A stretch of DNA of 64,000 bases from Octopus sinensis (lineage: Eukaryota), in the NCBI RefSeq assembly GCF_006345805.1, contig NC_042997.1, forward strand, positions 46,748,001 to 46,812,000, written 5' to 3'. A model generated the notes under the pieces. The model did not search any database, was not told the origin of the DNA, and saw nothing but the letters and a program-made list of their open reading frames with translations. Shown here piece by piece: positions 1 to 12,619 of this stretch (position 1 is its first letter; every line of letters begins with the position of its first letter). The position numbers were made by a program, and so were the translations under genes.

Positions 1-322
1 TCTGGCTATGGAGAAGAAGCGACGAGCAAATTTCATATCTGCACATATTCTGATTTTAATTCAAATCGTGTGGTACACATTTGTTAAGACTTTTTTGATC
101 TTCCGATCGCATGCAAATGTATGCAGGCAGTTTTCTGGCTAACTTCAAGTTCTTTTGCCAATTCTCAAGTGATTTTACGTGGATCTTTCTCAATGACGGT
201 CCTTAATTGATCGTCATCGATGACACATGGGCGTCCACTACGCTCAACGATCATCAAGGCTCAGATCTTCATTGCTAAATCGTTAAAACCATTTTTGAGC
301 ACACCACTCTCTGCTTTCTTCC
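1..322 (-). pseudogene. Mariner (Tc1/mariner) transposase fragment, degenerate, runs off window start
   Basis: Minus strand reads AQKWF*RFSNEDLSLDD..ERSGRPCVIDDDQLRTVIEKDPRKIT*ELAKELEVSQ..IHLHAIG..K..VPHDL: the mariner HTH region, GRP motif and (W)VPHEL linker, with stops and frameshifts. Confidence 0.85.
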
Positions 323-546
323 AAGGAGTCTAATGCTCTTAGCTTAGTTTTTCCTTGGGGCCGGCCAGATTAGAGCAATCTCAAGAATAATCAGCCGAAA
401 TTGTGAGGATGATCTGGTGCTTCACTGAAGAAAGATAACTTCGAATGGCCAGTCCTTGTTTTCTTTTTATCTTCTATCTGAACGTTTTGTTGTCCCTTTT
501 TGGATCACCTAGCTGTACGGATGTTTTGCGTTCTTGTCCCATTTTG

Positions 547-559
547 TATTATATATATG

Positions 560-612
<53 letters not shown>

Positions 613-692
613 GTATATAGCGGTGTATGTACACTTTGTTCTCTTACATATATATAAATATATATATATGTGTGTGTGTATATATATATACA
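547..692. repeat. (TA)n/(TG)n microsatellite
   Basis: Direct inspection; source of the spurious YIYI ORFs at 445-697. Confidence 0.95.
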
Positions 693-820
693 TTTAATTA
701 AATATAGTCATTGTCGGTCTATGGAGTTACCTGGATTTTATCTTTATCAAAATACTCTACGGCTCTATAACTTGGTCTATTTCTCTTTCGGGTTTATGAT
801 TTACTGACAATATATATATA

Positions 821-1005
821 CTCTTTTACTCTTTTACTTGTTTCAGTCATTTGACTGCGGCCATGCTGGAGCACCGCCTTTAGTCGAGCAAATCGGCCCC
901 GGGTCTTATTCTATCAGTCTCTTTTGCCGAACCGCTATGTGACGGGGACGTAAACACACCAGCATCGGTTGTCAAGCAATGCTAGCGGGACAAACACACA
1001 CACAT

Positions 1006-1036
<31 letters not shown>

Positions 1037-1201
1037 CATATATACGACAGCCTTCTTTCAGTTTCCGTCTACCAAATCCCCTCACAAGGCATTGGTCGGC
1101 CCGGAGCTATAGCAGGAGACACTTGACCTAGATGCCACGCAGTGGGACTGAACCGGGAACCGTGTTGTTGGTTAGCAAGCTACTTACCACACAGCCACTC
1201 C
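821..1201 (-). mobile_element. tRNA-derived SINE, family A, near full length
   Basis: Minus-strand head GGAGTGGCTGTGTGGTAAG (A box) ...GGTTCAGTCCC (B box), an internal (TA)/(TG) tract and a 3' tail ...GACTGAAACAA(GTAAAAGA)2. Homologous to 21481-21886, 6426-6622 and 59681-59850. Confidence 0.9.
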
Positions 1202-1682
1202 ATATAAATGTATGATTCAGGGATCGGGATGTAGGGAGAAATTTTTGCGTTAAGTAATCCGTAAAAAATTTTTAAAAACTTTTAGGGACAATGGTTTATT
1301 GAGACGGAAGGTTGTGGATTTTTCGTATCGAAGAACGATAAGCTGAAAGTTCATTTTATATTCCACGGTAGGCGGCCATGTTTGCGGGGTGTGCTGTTCC
1401 TTTTACTAAATTCTGTGACCCAGCCAAAACAGCTCTATTATTCTAATACCAGTCAACTGACCTTGCTTAAAATCCCCCTTCCTCCCACTTCCATATATTT
1501 TCTCCTCTTATTCAAATACACATTTCTTCCTATATTTATATACCACTCCCATACGTTACTTACCACACATTCTGATTGAAACTTTCATGCCTCAACAAGT
1601 ACACCCTTACCACAATGTAACCTCTGATTCAATCAAGATATCTTTGGCCTGAAGAGTAGCCGGCTGTATACACCACGTTTGG

Positions 1683-1722
<40 letters not shown>

Positions 1723-1989
1723 CAGGATTCAAGCGAAGCCCTTAGACAGTAAAGCATCAAGATAGAATCATTGAAATCGCTATCGCGTACAAACAATATT
1801 TGGGGAACAAACACGTATTTACTATGGTAAACATGGATGTATAATCCAGTTTTATGAACAATCACAAACGACCAACTGAATATACAAGGCTGCACAAGGC
1901 TGCCTATGGGTAAAAATTCTACAGTAATTGCACTGCACCCAATACACTCCAAGGTGAAAGATAAACAAATTGCAAGATATGGATTGTGG

Positions 1990-2240
1990 TTCACTCACTA
2001 ACGCTGTTTTAGACGTAATTTTTATTGGTGAATAGAATCAAGCGAAAAAAAGTTGACATCACGTGAACATATTTACGAATTAAATATTTCAAACCATCTT
2101 AAATACGAAGGCAAATGTCATTTTGTGATTACCCGGCCAATATTTGGTCTGAGATTCCAGATGAAAACGTTCGTTTTTGTATGATGTAGTAATGCTGTTC
2201 ACCAATAGAAAAAACATCTGAAACAGTTGTAGTGAGCGAA
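1990..2240. mobile_element. MITE-like element with ~45-bp imperfect terminal inverted repeats
   Basis: TTCACTCACTAACGCTGTTTTAGACGTAATTTTTATTGGTGAATA (1990-2034) aligns to the reverse complement of TGTTCACCAATAGAAAAAACATCTGAAACAGTTGTAGTGAGCGAA (2196-2240); non-coding interior. Confidence 0.7.
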
Positions 2241-2629
2241 TTCATCTGTTGTTATTTTGTGTATCTACATACATACATCATACATACATATATACATACA
2301 CACACGCACACACACACACAAATACACAAACATACACACAGATATATATAGAGATATATGAATACGTATGTGTTTGTGTGTGTATGCATGTATGCATGTG
2401 TGTCTGTACCTATCTAAATGTTTCTAGTGCTATCCATTGACAAACTAATTATGATGTTGTACAACGTTCATGATGGACATTTTCCGTCTCTTTGCATTTT
2501 GATTTGATGTACACTCGATGTCAACTTCGTCTCTCAAAATTTCAGCGTTGATAAATGAAGTATCAGTCACCCACCGAGACCAAAATTGAGAGTATCATAG
2601 AAGAAGGCTTGCTCTTCCTTCCGTAGAAG

Positions 2630-2875
2630 AAAAGATTCAAATCGGACCATGTTAACATCAAAAATTATTTACATAAAAAAGGTGCGTTTTGTCTATGAAT
2701 GTCCCTATTTTTTACGATTTTTTGACTGCTGTGTCGCCATCTTTCGGTGTATTTCAACCAGAAAAATGGTCACTTAAAGAGAATAACAAGCTACATAATG
2801 CAAAACTCTTACTTTTCAAAAATTCCAATTCTAAAGAGTCGAAACAAATCCGAGCAACGCCGGGCGATACTGCTA
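2630..2875 (-). mobile_element. Helitron-like non-autonomous element, 5' part
   Basis: Minus strand begins TAGCAGTATCGCCCGGCGTTGCTC, identical to the start of the element at 28917. The family assignment rests on recall of this terminus type. Confidence 0.55.
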
Positions 2876-3789
2876 TTATATAATATTAATGTTCCAGATT
2901 AAACTATTCCGTCAACTATTGTTTCGCGTTTATGCTATAGTTTATGGACCATTCTGAGAAAGGGCTTGTTAGAACTGATACCCGTTTTTGATCAACATTT
3001 ATCACCGTGATTTGACATATTGTTGCTTTATTTTTTGTCTTGCCGTCAGGATCAATAGTATTGCAGTTTTCAAATTGTTTACTTTAATTTTGTTTGATAA
3101 ACCTGGTGATGCTAGGAAGTTGGGACTCGATTTCACGGCTGCATCTACTAAAATGAATCGATTCTGATCAACCGGTTCTGTTGCTTTCATGGAATTAAAA
3201 AAGTATTTTTCCTTAGTGCGTATCTGAGAGAAATGTTCACGATGCGTATAGGAACTGCAGGAACACGGCATAGCCTATTCTTTTTTAAAAGACCTTTGGC
3301 AATGATTTGTGGGAAATGTTTCTGTCGGTTGAATGCACACATATCCAATCACTGTTTGAAATTAACGTAAACTACGTAAGAATTTCAAACTGGATTCGAT
3401 CCCGATCCATGATTCCTCGGGCAAGTGTTTTATACCGTAGTCTCATTTCGAACCATTATATAGACAGATTATAATGCTGGAATATTACTGGAGAAACAGT
3501 ACTTCTCCTTCTCTAGTATATCTAATCCAACACTTGGTTTAATACAACTTATAATCAACAGGTCTTTTTAACGGTGTCATCTCACCTGGAAGTATATGGC
3601 TCATGTCTTTTATCTGATCTGAGGATGATGACGGGATCGGCCTGTTTCCTATGACCAAATCGTTAAAAGATAGTTTTGTAGTAAAATAAATTTGTTAAGC
3701 AAATAGTGATAGCAAAGCGAGATCTTAACAAATAAACAGTGTTGTGCTGTCATTACAAATTTTAGTTGATACAATATACATACATGCAT

Positions 3790-3881
3790 ATGTATGTCTA
3801 CATCTATCTATCTGCCTGTCTTTCTGTCAGTTTGTCTGCTTGCTTGTCTGTCAGTCTGTCCTTCTATTTGTCTGTCTGTCT

Positions 3882-3953
<72 letters not shown>
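3790..3953. repeat. Compound (TCTG)n-(CA)n-(TA)n microsatellite
   Basis: Direct inspection. Confidence 0.9.
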
Positions 3954-3955
<2 letters not shown>

Positions 3956-4104
3956 CTTATTGAAAAGCAGCAGAAATGTCACAAAAACTGTTACTCAGAG
4001 TTTCACGTTCCTTTTGGTCGGACAGTTTTGTTAAAATATGATATGTATATATATATATATATGGGAGAGTATTGTAGTTTTCTTGAAGCATTGTGTATGG
4101 TTTG

Positions 4105-4449
4105 TAAAGAATAAAATTGAATGGTACAACAAGGTACTATAATACAGACAATGGATTATATATCTGGGCTATACGGGTTTTAGTATTGCAGACAGTCGAC
4201 TACGAAAGACTGACAGACAAATGGAGAAATGGTTACAGTGGGTGACTGATACTTCATTTATCAACGCTGAAATTTTGAGAGACGAAGTTGACATCCATTA
4301 TAGCAGCGACTCCATCTAAGAATATCTGAAGAAAGAATATTATTCCGAAATATCATTTCAGACAATGGATGACTAAATTACAAACAGGTATATAGCCCAT
4401 TGTCTGTAATATAGTGGACTGTTGTACCATTCGAAATTTTTATTCTTTA
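4105..4449. mobile_element. MITE/fold-back element with ~55-bp imperfect TIRs, abutting (TA)n
   Basis: TAAAGAATAAAATTGAATGGTACAACAAGGTACTATAATACAGACAATGG (4105-) pairs with CCATTGTCTGTAATATAGTGGACTGTTGTACCATTCGAAATTTTTATTCTTTA (-4449). Confidence 0.75.
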
Positions 4450-4471
4450 TATATATATATATATATATATA

Positions 4472-4521
<50 letters not shown>

Positions 4522-5347
4522 TAACAACTAATATGTTGTTTTATCAATAGCCATATATCTGGACATAGTTCTTGTCTAAATCTCTGAAGCGCTGGTTAAA
4601 ATCTATTGCACTATTTGGTTTCATTGTAATGAGGTACCAGCCAGTAATACGATTAAAATGAAGTCAACACGGCCAAAAGAGTAAATATTCGCCTCTGACA
4701 GGTAACTATACAAATTAGTTCCATACTAAGCGAGAGGCTGCTAATTGCACAGATGAGATTCTCAATATTAATATCTTCAATATGCTAATGAGGAAACTGT
4801 TACTACGAAAGTAAGTATGCAAATGATGTCAACGATACCGAGAGGTTAATTATGGAAATGATGTACCTGCAACTAAGAGAATAATTATGGAAATTATATG
4901 CTACTACCAAAAAGGAGCAGTATGTAAATAACCTTCTCCCTAAAAATACCTTAAGTATGCAAATTAGATACCAGCATTGTACAAGGTAAGTATGCAAATT
5001 AGATTCTCATAGGAAAAAGTCCTCAAATAATGAACCCTTAAGGTTTCAACTAATTAGAGTGTAATTATGTACATTAATTCACCACTGCCCAAACAGTAAG
5101 CATACAAATTATGTATGTCCCTGCTACTAAGAGAGAGATAATGGAAATATATTCTTCTGCTCAAATGTGAATAAGTTGCTCAAGACCTTCCGGCGTCTTA
5201 GTTTGTTGCTCATCCTAACCCCACTATCGATAAAAGAAGCGCAGCCACCATTCTGATTCATTTATACCTTTGTACGGCTAACATAGTTACACATTTTATT
5301 TGATATATTTTCTGCCAGCAGCACAACTGCATTAATTCATTTCTTTG

Positions 5348-5451
5348 GTCTTCTCCATACATACATACATACATACATACATACATACATACATACATAC
5401 ATACATACATACATACATACATACATACATACATACATCATACATACATAT

Positions 5452-5487
<36 letters not shown>

Positions 5488-5604
5488 AATGTATGTGTAT
5501 ATATATACACATACACACATATATATTTATACATACATATATATATACATACATATATACATACCTATATATATATACACATACATATAACCTATATATA
5601 TATA

Positions 5605-5648
<44 letters not shown>

Positions 5649-5660
5649 ACATATATAAAT
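5348..5660. repeat. (TACA)n followed by (TA)n microsatellite
   Basis: Direct inspection. Confidence 0.95.
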
Positions 5661-5664
5661 ACAT

Positions 5665-6104
5665 ATAACTCGATTAACAAATGATTCCTTTTTGTGACGG
5701 GAAAGTAGCATAATGCAGGATTCCAAACGTTGCTGTTTCTGATTTTCATTGAGTTCATGTGGAACCCACTTATCCAGCTTCTTCAGTTTACCAATTTGAA
5801 CTAGGTGAGTCATTATTGTTTGCTTGCTAACATCAAACAGCAACAATAATTCACGGGCACTTTCAGATGGATCTGACTGGACGGTGACATTCAGTTCGTC
5901 ATTATCCACTTTTGTTTCTAGTCGACCGCGTTGCTCATTTGTGAGGTCAAAATTACCACAACGAAATTTTGAAAACCAACTTGGTACATTCTGGTGTGTC
6001 ATGACATTAGAATGGAATACTCCGTTAATATTCCGAGCTATCTGTGCTGTATTTCAAAGAAAGAACTCATATTTCAAAACTGTACGAATTTCCGACTTAT
6101 CCAT
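5665..6104 (-). pseudogene. Mariner transposase N-terminal half, degenerate
   Basis: MDKSEIRTVLKYEF...TAQIARNIN...WFSKFRCGNFDLTNEQRGRLETKVDNDEL...[25 protein letters not shown] (ORF 5592-6002 plus upstream ATG at 6104); the WVPHEL motif is diagnostic. Truncated by (TA)n before the DDD domain. Confidence 0.92.
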
Positions 6105-6320
6105 CTCAAAACAAAAATAGCAAAAAACGATTTATAAATAATTCAAAAGGTGCAAAATTGGAAAGAATAAAGAAATACGTGTCAGCTTTCTAAAAAAGGC
6201 CGCAGTCAAATGACTGAAACGAGTAAAAATTAACAACTCTCAAGGTTTACCATTTACCTTATTACAAAGTTCATACTTGACGACCATATATATATGTGTG
6301 CATACATACATCTCTCTCTC

Positions 6321-6359
<39 letters not shown>

Positions 6360-6425
6360 ATATATATATATATATTAGCAGAGATACTCGGCGCTGCTCG
6401 GAATTAAAATACGTATTTCTTTATG

Positions 6426-6622
6426 GTTTTAATTGTTTCGGTCATGTGACTGTAGCCATGCTAGAGCACCGTCTTTAGAAATGGGGCAGAGGATTTATTC
6501 TTTATAAGCATAGTACTTATTCTATCGGTGTATATTGCCAAACGGCTAAGTTACGCGAACGTAAACTCAGCAACATCGGTTGTCAAGTGATGGTAGATGT
6601 AGAAATACAGACACACGCACAC
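6426..6622 (-). mobile_element. SINE family A, 3' half, diverged
   Basis: Aligns to 821-1000 (GCCATGCTAGAGCACCG, CTTATTCTATCGG, CATCGGTTGTCAAG). Confidence 0.8.
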
Positions 6623-6723
6623 GAAACGTAAAAGACTTTTTCTATTCCTGAGCGCTATACTAATACATTTGTTTGTTTGTACTCCACCAGCCTTCGTCTT
6701 TTGTTTATTTTCGTAAACTTTCC

Positions 6724-6726
<3 letters not shown>
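6622..6726 (+). mobile_element. Probable Penelope-like pseudo-LTR 3' remnant
   Basis: Begins CGAAAC-GTA-AAAGAC (3' half of a type I hammerhead core), then a pyrimidine-rich stretch ending at (TA)n. This architecture is typical of Penelope pLTRs; no ORF support. Confidence 0.4.
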
Positions 6727-6789
<63 letters not shown>

Positions 6790-7235
6790 TATATATGTGT
6801 GTGTATATACATACTTATATATACATATATATACATATATATACATGTATAGGTTTATATACATGTATATATGTATATCTACATATGTATATATAGATAT
6901 ATATATATACATATATACATACACATCAATATATATACATATATATACATACACATATATACACACATATATATACACACACATACACACACGAACACAC
7001 ACACATATATATATACATACATACGTACATACACATACATAGATACACATATATACATATAAACCTTTATATATATAAACGTATATGTACATGTATACAT
7101 ATATATCTATACATATACGTCTATATATATACATATATATACCTAATAAAACACATATCTATATGTTTATATATATATATGTATGTATGTATGTGTTTAT
7201 ATACATGTATATATGTATGCATGTACCTATGTGAG
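6727..7235. repeat. (TA)n and degenerate TA/CA low-complexity tract
   Basis: Direct inspection; source of ORFs at 6655-7134. Confidence 0.9.
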
Positions 7236-7380
7236 ATAATAGGTCCACTTTTAATACTTTCAGTAGCAATAGCTCCCCTATGTACATATTATGTACATAA
7301 TATAAATATTAATAGTGAAACTATTTCAACTGAAAGTATTATCTAACATTACAATAGAGATGCTATTGTTACACTTTTGA

Positions 7381-7592
7381 CACGCAATACTGAATTAGTG
7401 TAAGGAATTGCTCTGGGCTCGCATTAGGAAAGAATCTGAAAATGCTTTTGATTCATGACACTGCAAGGACCATAATTAAGGCATGTGTAAAATTTGAATG
7501 AATTCGGTTAGGTAATTCTCGTGTTCTCGTGATGCACACATGCAAGCAGGCAGACAAGCACACATTCTCAGTTTTATATTTATATATATAAA
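7381..7592 (+). mobile_element. Helitron-like non-autonomous element, 3' part
   Basis: GTGTAAAATTTGAATGAATTCGGTT...CAGGCAGACA...CAGTTTTATAT parallels the 3' end of the 28917 element (GTGTCAAGTTTCATCAGAATCGGTT...ACAGACAAACTGCCGTTTATAT). Confidence 0.45.
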
Positions 7593-7649
7593 GAAGGACA
7601 TATTTAGAGAGAGACCGGAATGTGGGACATAGAAATACTCAAGATAGTG

Positions 7650-9270
7650 AACGAACGTACTTGAAGTCCACTTAAATGTGTTGGGCCCTAGTTCTTTTCA
7701 GAACAGCCATATCGGATATGTAACACTCGGAATTGTATCCGCAATAATACCTAGTGATCTGCCTTGGTGGCTGAAATGTCGGAGAAGGAAACTTTAACAT
7801 AAAATCGTGTTTGAAATAGTCCTAGATGACCTACCACAGCGCCTTGATTTTGAAGAAACGATTATTAATCCTAATATAAAAGTCAGAACTGCCATTAAGC
7901 AGGGGAATTACGAGTAGGCCTCCAACAATGAGACTATGGTATATATACTGAAGTGATTATGCAAAACGGGATGTGCTTTCAGACCATACGACTACACCAA
8001 ATTTAAACCAATGGAAGTGTTCGCCAGTTCCCCAGGATTGTAAAGATGATATACCGATTCCGTAGTACAAGTAGAAAACGTCAAGTCTGTTTCTGAAAAT
8101 TTCCTGGTACTTCCTTTCTTGTAATTGTTGGTAAGATATTACCTAGATTTGTAACCAATCGACCGCACAGTGAGTCTCTTTTCCCGAAGTCTCTTGATGT
8201 GGATCTAAAACTCATACCACAGATATGAGTTATAGTGTTATACAGTTTCAGGAGAAGTTAAAACATCGAAGCCTTTTCTTTTACTAATATTTCGTCGATT
8301 TAGTGAATGTTTTTGATACTGTAGATAGTATTGTGGGAGATAGTCTTAACGCTGTTGTATCAACCTACTTTTGTTGATATATTTGTCCAACTGCACAATT
8401 ACATGAAGGCCTTCATGTGGGTGTGGATATGTCAACTAAAATAGAGCTCTATCGGAACTGATTCCAGTTTAACTCAAGAGAGTTACATTGAGTAATGTAG
8501 CAGCACCATCTTCGTTCTCCATATATATCGTAGTTGTGATAGCTGAAATTATTTAAGTATTCTGGTCTAGGGATCGTTGTTCACTATCGCACAAGAAGTC
8601 ATCTGTTTAATCTTAATCACCTGGAATCTAAATCGATATCCTTTATAACTCTTAATTGCAAATTGGGGTATGCTGACAATTGTGACAGTATGAAACTACA
8701 TATTCAGACAATATTAAAATTCTTTTTTAGTGCAGTGCTAATTTTGGACTTAATAGAAAATAAAAGTGATATTTAGATCTGCTCCAGAAGAGCCGTATTG
8801 AGAATGCAGTACACTTGTCCAAGAGATGAGACTTAATATAGTGTTTTCTTTTGTGCATCTGGGCAGCTTCGTTTCAGTGATGGATCCCTACATCACAAAC
8901 TCAACTTAGCGATTGAGAACTCTTCAATTTGGTTTGCGACATTGAAGAACTGAGTGCGGTTAGACGGGGAGTATGAATCTGATCCCCAAGACTTGTATAT
9001 AAGATCTCAACTCCACTTATCTAAGACAGAGGATCAAAATACTAGAAGGGTGTCACCAAAAGCGTCCACGGCGTATTTTAAATATCAACCGGATTCTTTG
9101 TACTTGACACAGAAGAGCTGGAAACGGTGGAGTCTGTGATTGTTGACGCCTTTTGTCATCAAGTATATGCGATGGATTGATCATGTAAACGTACTAAAGA
9201 TTTTTTGGCTTCCAAAGTTATTACCTTAAGAAGAATGAATACTTGGTAAATGTCTCCAGCACAAATAAAA
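7650..9270 (+). mobile_element. Heavily decayed RTE-clade LINE (RT region to 3' end)
   Basis: Scattered in-order RT motifs: IVGKILPRFV (~8125), FVDLVNVFDTVD (~8292), HYRTRSHLFNL (~8580), YADN as the YADD equivalent (~8669), FVHLGSFVS (~8850), RWIDHV (~9170); many stops and frameshifts. Confidence 0.7.
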
Positions 9271-9899
9271 AAAAAACAAAAGAGAGAAGAATAAAGAAAT
9301 GGAAAAAATCATAACATCACAAACAATACTGTTAAGCCGTTGAACATCAGATATGTACATTAGAAAATTCTTGGACTGAATAGAAGCAAATAGTGATGTA
9401 TAACAACTCGAAATAGCCTGCAGCATGAGAAGATGAACATTGCCCTCCAAATAGTGAAACGTTATGCTCGAAAACATTTAACTGTTGAAATTCTGCATGT
9501 TTGAGTATCTAGGGATAATCTCATCTGCGAAATCGGTGGTCGCATTATAGCAGCAAAAGTCAGACTTTTCATCCATAAAATGTCACATATTAATGAAACA
9601 AATAAGAACGATTATATGTCAACCCTAGCGGAGCACTAATCTTTAACATGTCGACAGGTGGGTTGATCTAGTGGAGAGGGGCATAAATCCATTTAGGATA
9701 AATGCCCAAGGCCAAGACTTCAGTGGTTGTTATTTCGGGCAAAATATTACTACGTTTGTCAACAGACGCATAAATCAAAATGATAGTTGTATACATAACT
9801 GAGATCCCATGTTAGAAATGCTATCAAACATTTTATAGGAATATGTCGAAGATACAAAATCGGTTACACATGAAATACAGAGTTGTTGAAAATTAGGCA

Positions 9900-9939
9900 T
9901 ACATACATATATATATATATATGTGTGTGTATATGTATG

Positions 9940-10010
<71 letters not shown>

Positions 10011-10030
10011 TATATACTTACATATATGCA
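9900..10030. repeat. (TA)n microsatellite
   Basis: Direct inspection. Confidence 0.95.
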
Positions 10031-10189
10031 TATATACACACATATACATACGTACGATGGACTCTTCTGTGAAAGGCGGCGTTTCAGCGTTCAACATTTT
10101 GCCGAACGATCTTCACAAATGATTTGTTTATAGTGATCAGATGTATGTGCCTTACTTTAGCTTACTCTCTCCATCAAATCGACGTTGTC

Positions 10190-10345
10190 TGAACAGGTGC
10201 ACGCTATACCACGCGTCAGGTGGCGACGTTATCGCAGAGCAACTTGAGATGAAATGGTTGCCCAAAAACACAGCTCACCACCCCTCGGTCTAGGAATTAA
10301 AATCACGATCGCGGTCCTAAGGGTAGTAGCTTAACCTCTAATCCA
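10190..10345 (-). mobile_element. Diverged tRNA-derived SINE head
   Basis: CGGTCTAGGAATTAAAATCACGATC...CTTAACCTCTA parallels CGGTCTGGGAATCGAAACCGCGATC...CCTAACCACT of the family B heads. Confidence 0.5.
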
Positions 10346-11164
10346 TATATAAACGAACGAATGGATTATATGGTTTCACTGTAATGTTTCATTAAATGAT
10401 ATTTTATTATTACATTATGTTGTTGTGTAGCACGTTCAACTTCTATAAGAATATGCAATAATTTACAATTAATCTCCCAACAAAGGTCAATAATCGATGT
10501 GCTGTGAGAATAACGAGTCCAACAACATGAACATTCAAAGTAGGAATACCCACAATTCAATATAGAAATGAGTGGTAGTGCGATCAGCGTATCAGAATTG
10601 TTGAGATGAAGTAAATTATTTCGCAACTTCAGCCAAGGTATTACAAATAAAAAATAACCTTAGGGTTACAAACCTCATGAATATCCTTCTGGATCACAAC
10701 TCGGACTTATTCTATCGCTTCCACAAGCCAGATGGAAATCTAAACGACGTAAACTTTATTCTAATCACTCGAGAAGTATAATAAATTCGATTATTATACG
10801 TATCTCTACTACAATTTCTAATCTATCAATTGATGAGGATATCTTTAGGCAACATTCTAAATACCATAACAGACACCTGTATATAGATTATTATAAAGAA
10901 AAGATTACCTTTATAACTCCATCCAACGATTCTATAAATAGCAATGGAGTTAACAAACCCGGTCTCTATATCAACTAAACGTAATCGTATTAAAAACCTT
11001 ACCAATAATGTTGACGATGACAACGATGATGATAATTTCATAATTATAAACGTAATTGTATTGATAACAATAACATCATCATCAGCAGTATCAGCAGCAG
11101 TAACAAGAAGAACAATAAGTCAAATGAGGTAAGATTACTCATATAGCTAGTGAATGTAGTATAC

Positions 11165-12050
11165 TGGCACAGAAAGAATACAAAAGACATGAAAGACATG
11201 ACAACCCAGGGAAAATAATCCACGGTGAGTTATGTAGAAAGGTAGGATTTACCTGTACTGATAAGTAGTTTGAACATGGGTCTAGTAAAATGCTAGAAAA
11301 TAAGAAATATAAGATGTGGGATTTTAACATTCAGACAGAGTTAAGGAGCACTCCGTCGGTTGCGACGATGAGGGTCCCAGCTGATACGATCAACGGAACA
11401 GCTTGCTCGTGATATTAACGTGCAAGTGGCTGAGCATTCCACAGACACGTGTACCCTTAACGTAGTTCTCGGGGAGATTCAGCGTGACACACAGGATGTG
11501 ACAAGGCTGGCCCCTTGAAATACAGGTGCAAGAGAAACAGGAAGAAAGAGTGAGAGAAAGTTGTGGTGAAAGAGTACAGCAGGGTTCACCACCACCCACT
11601 GCCGGAGCCTCGTGGAGCTTTAGGTGTTTTCGCTCAATAAACACTCACAATGCCCGGTCTGGGAATCGGAACCGCGATCCTCCGACCGCGAGTCCGCTGC
11701 CCTAACCACTGGGCCATTGCGCCTCCACGAGATGGTGTGATTTAGAAGAGAATGGAAAGTGACTGGTAATCAACTTCATAGTCCCAAATGATGAGAAAGT
11801 TAATGAGACGTAGAGTGGAAATGGCAAAGCACCAGGACCTGGTCATTGAGTTATAGAGGTCTTGGAAAGTGCGGGTAAAATGTGTTCCGGTAGTTACAGG
11901 TGCATTAGGAACTATCACTAAAGATTTCAATAGAGGAATAGAAGAAATAGACTTAAAACCTAGTTTAGGGCAGCCCTAGAAAAGATTATTATATAGGACA
12001 GCTGGGATATTTATGAAGGTACTTGGCATCTACAGTTACTTGTTGTGTGC
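11165..12050 (+). mobile_element. R4/Dong-like REL-endonuclease LINE, old 3' fragment interrupted by a SINE
   Basis: AQKEYKRH..RHDN.GKIIH.ELC...WDFNIQTE [SINE] ...VPNDEKV...KHQDLVIEL..SWKVRVKCVPVVTGALGT: RHD, WDF.IQTD and P(V/I)V.GALG motifs of restriction-like endonuclease LINEs. Confidence 0.8.
11345..11728 (-). mobile_element. tRNA-derived SINE, family B tail type 1, full length
   Basis: Head GTGGAGGCGCAATGGCCCAGTGGTTAGGGCAGCGGACTCG...GGTTCCGATTCCC (A and B boxes; tRNA-Arg-like); closely matches 44215-44606. Confidence 0.92.
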
Positions 12051-12070
12051 ATATGAAATAATCTGAACAA

Positions 12071-12225
12071 TGGCTTCAAATTGTGGTACAAAGCCAACTA
12101 ACGCGATGGAAAAGTTAAGCACATTTCATCAGCCCGTGCTAAACTGATACTTATTTTATTGATTACGGAAGGATGAAAGGCAAAGTCGGCCATGGTGGAA
12201 TTTCAACTCAGAACGTAAAGACGGA
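12071..12225 (-). mobile_element. SINE family C, partial
   Basis: GGATGAAAGGCAAAGTCGGC...GGAATTTCAACTCAGAACGTAAAGAC matches the reverse complement of the 14051 copy. Confidence 0.75.
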
Positions 12226-12619
12226 GGTAAAGATGATTTCTTTTATTGGCTACAAGGGCCCACGATATGCAGGGCAATATGGAAAGACGAGATACAACAC
12301 GCAAAATGAGACATTACAACCAATAAGGATACTGAAAACTATATAATTGATAAATAGAATCCCTAGTAACAGGGTAGTCCACTTATGAAAATTCAAAGAA
12401 CACCTCACACAAAATATCCTGTATTATTCTTCCATCTCAAAAGAATGGGTTTCATCTTTCATTTTCTTTTTTTCTACTTAGAAAAGCGTACTTTTATCAA
12501 GTGGGTATGATATTTTGTAATTTTTAAAAATTAATATTAGTTGTCTCAAACTTCAGATTATATATAAAGTCAGCTTCACCAGTGTTGCCGCTCGAGTTTA
12601 CCTTTTGATGAAGACACTA

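Noticed and set aside
420-462. Hammerhead ribozyme CTGAAGA-AAGATAACTT-CGAA-TGGCCA-GTC
   Set aside because: The GAAA core is incomplete (CGAAT) and no stem I pairing can be drawn; at most a decayed pLTR remnant.
1722-1994. 90-aa minus ORF (also 3002-3271 and 31651-31920) as host exons
   Set aside because: No recognisable family motifs; lengths are within chance expectation for six frames of 64 kb.
4324-4365. CTGAAGA...CCGAAA hammerhead-like motif inside the MITE
   Set aside because: No valid stem I or NUH geometry; explained by a simple local hairpin.
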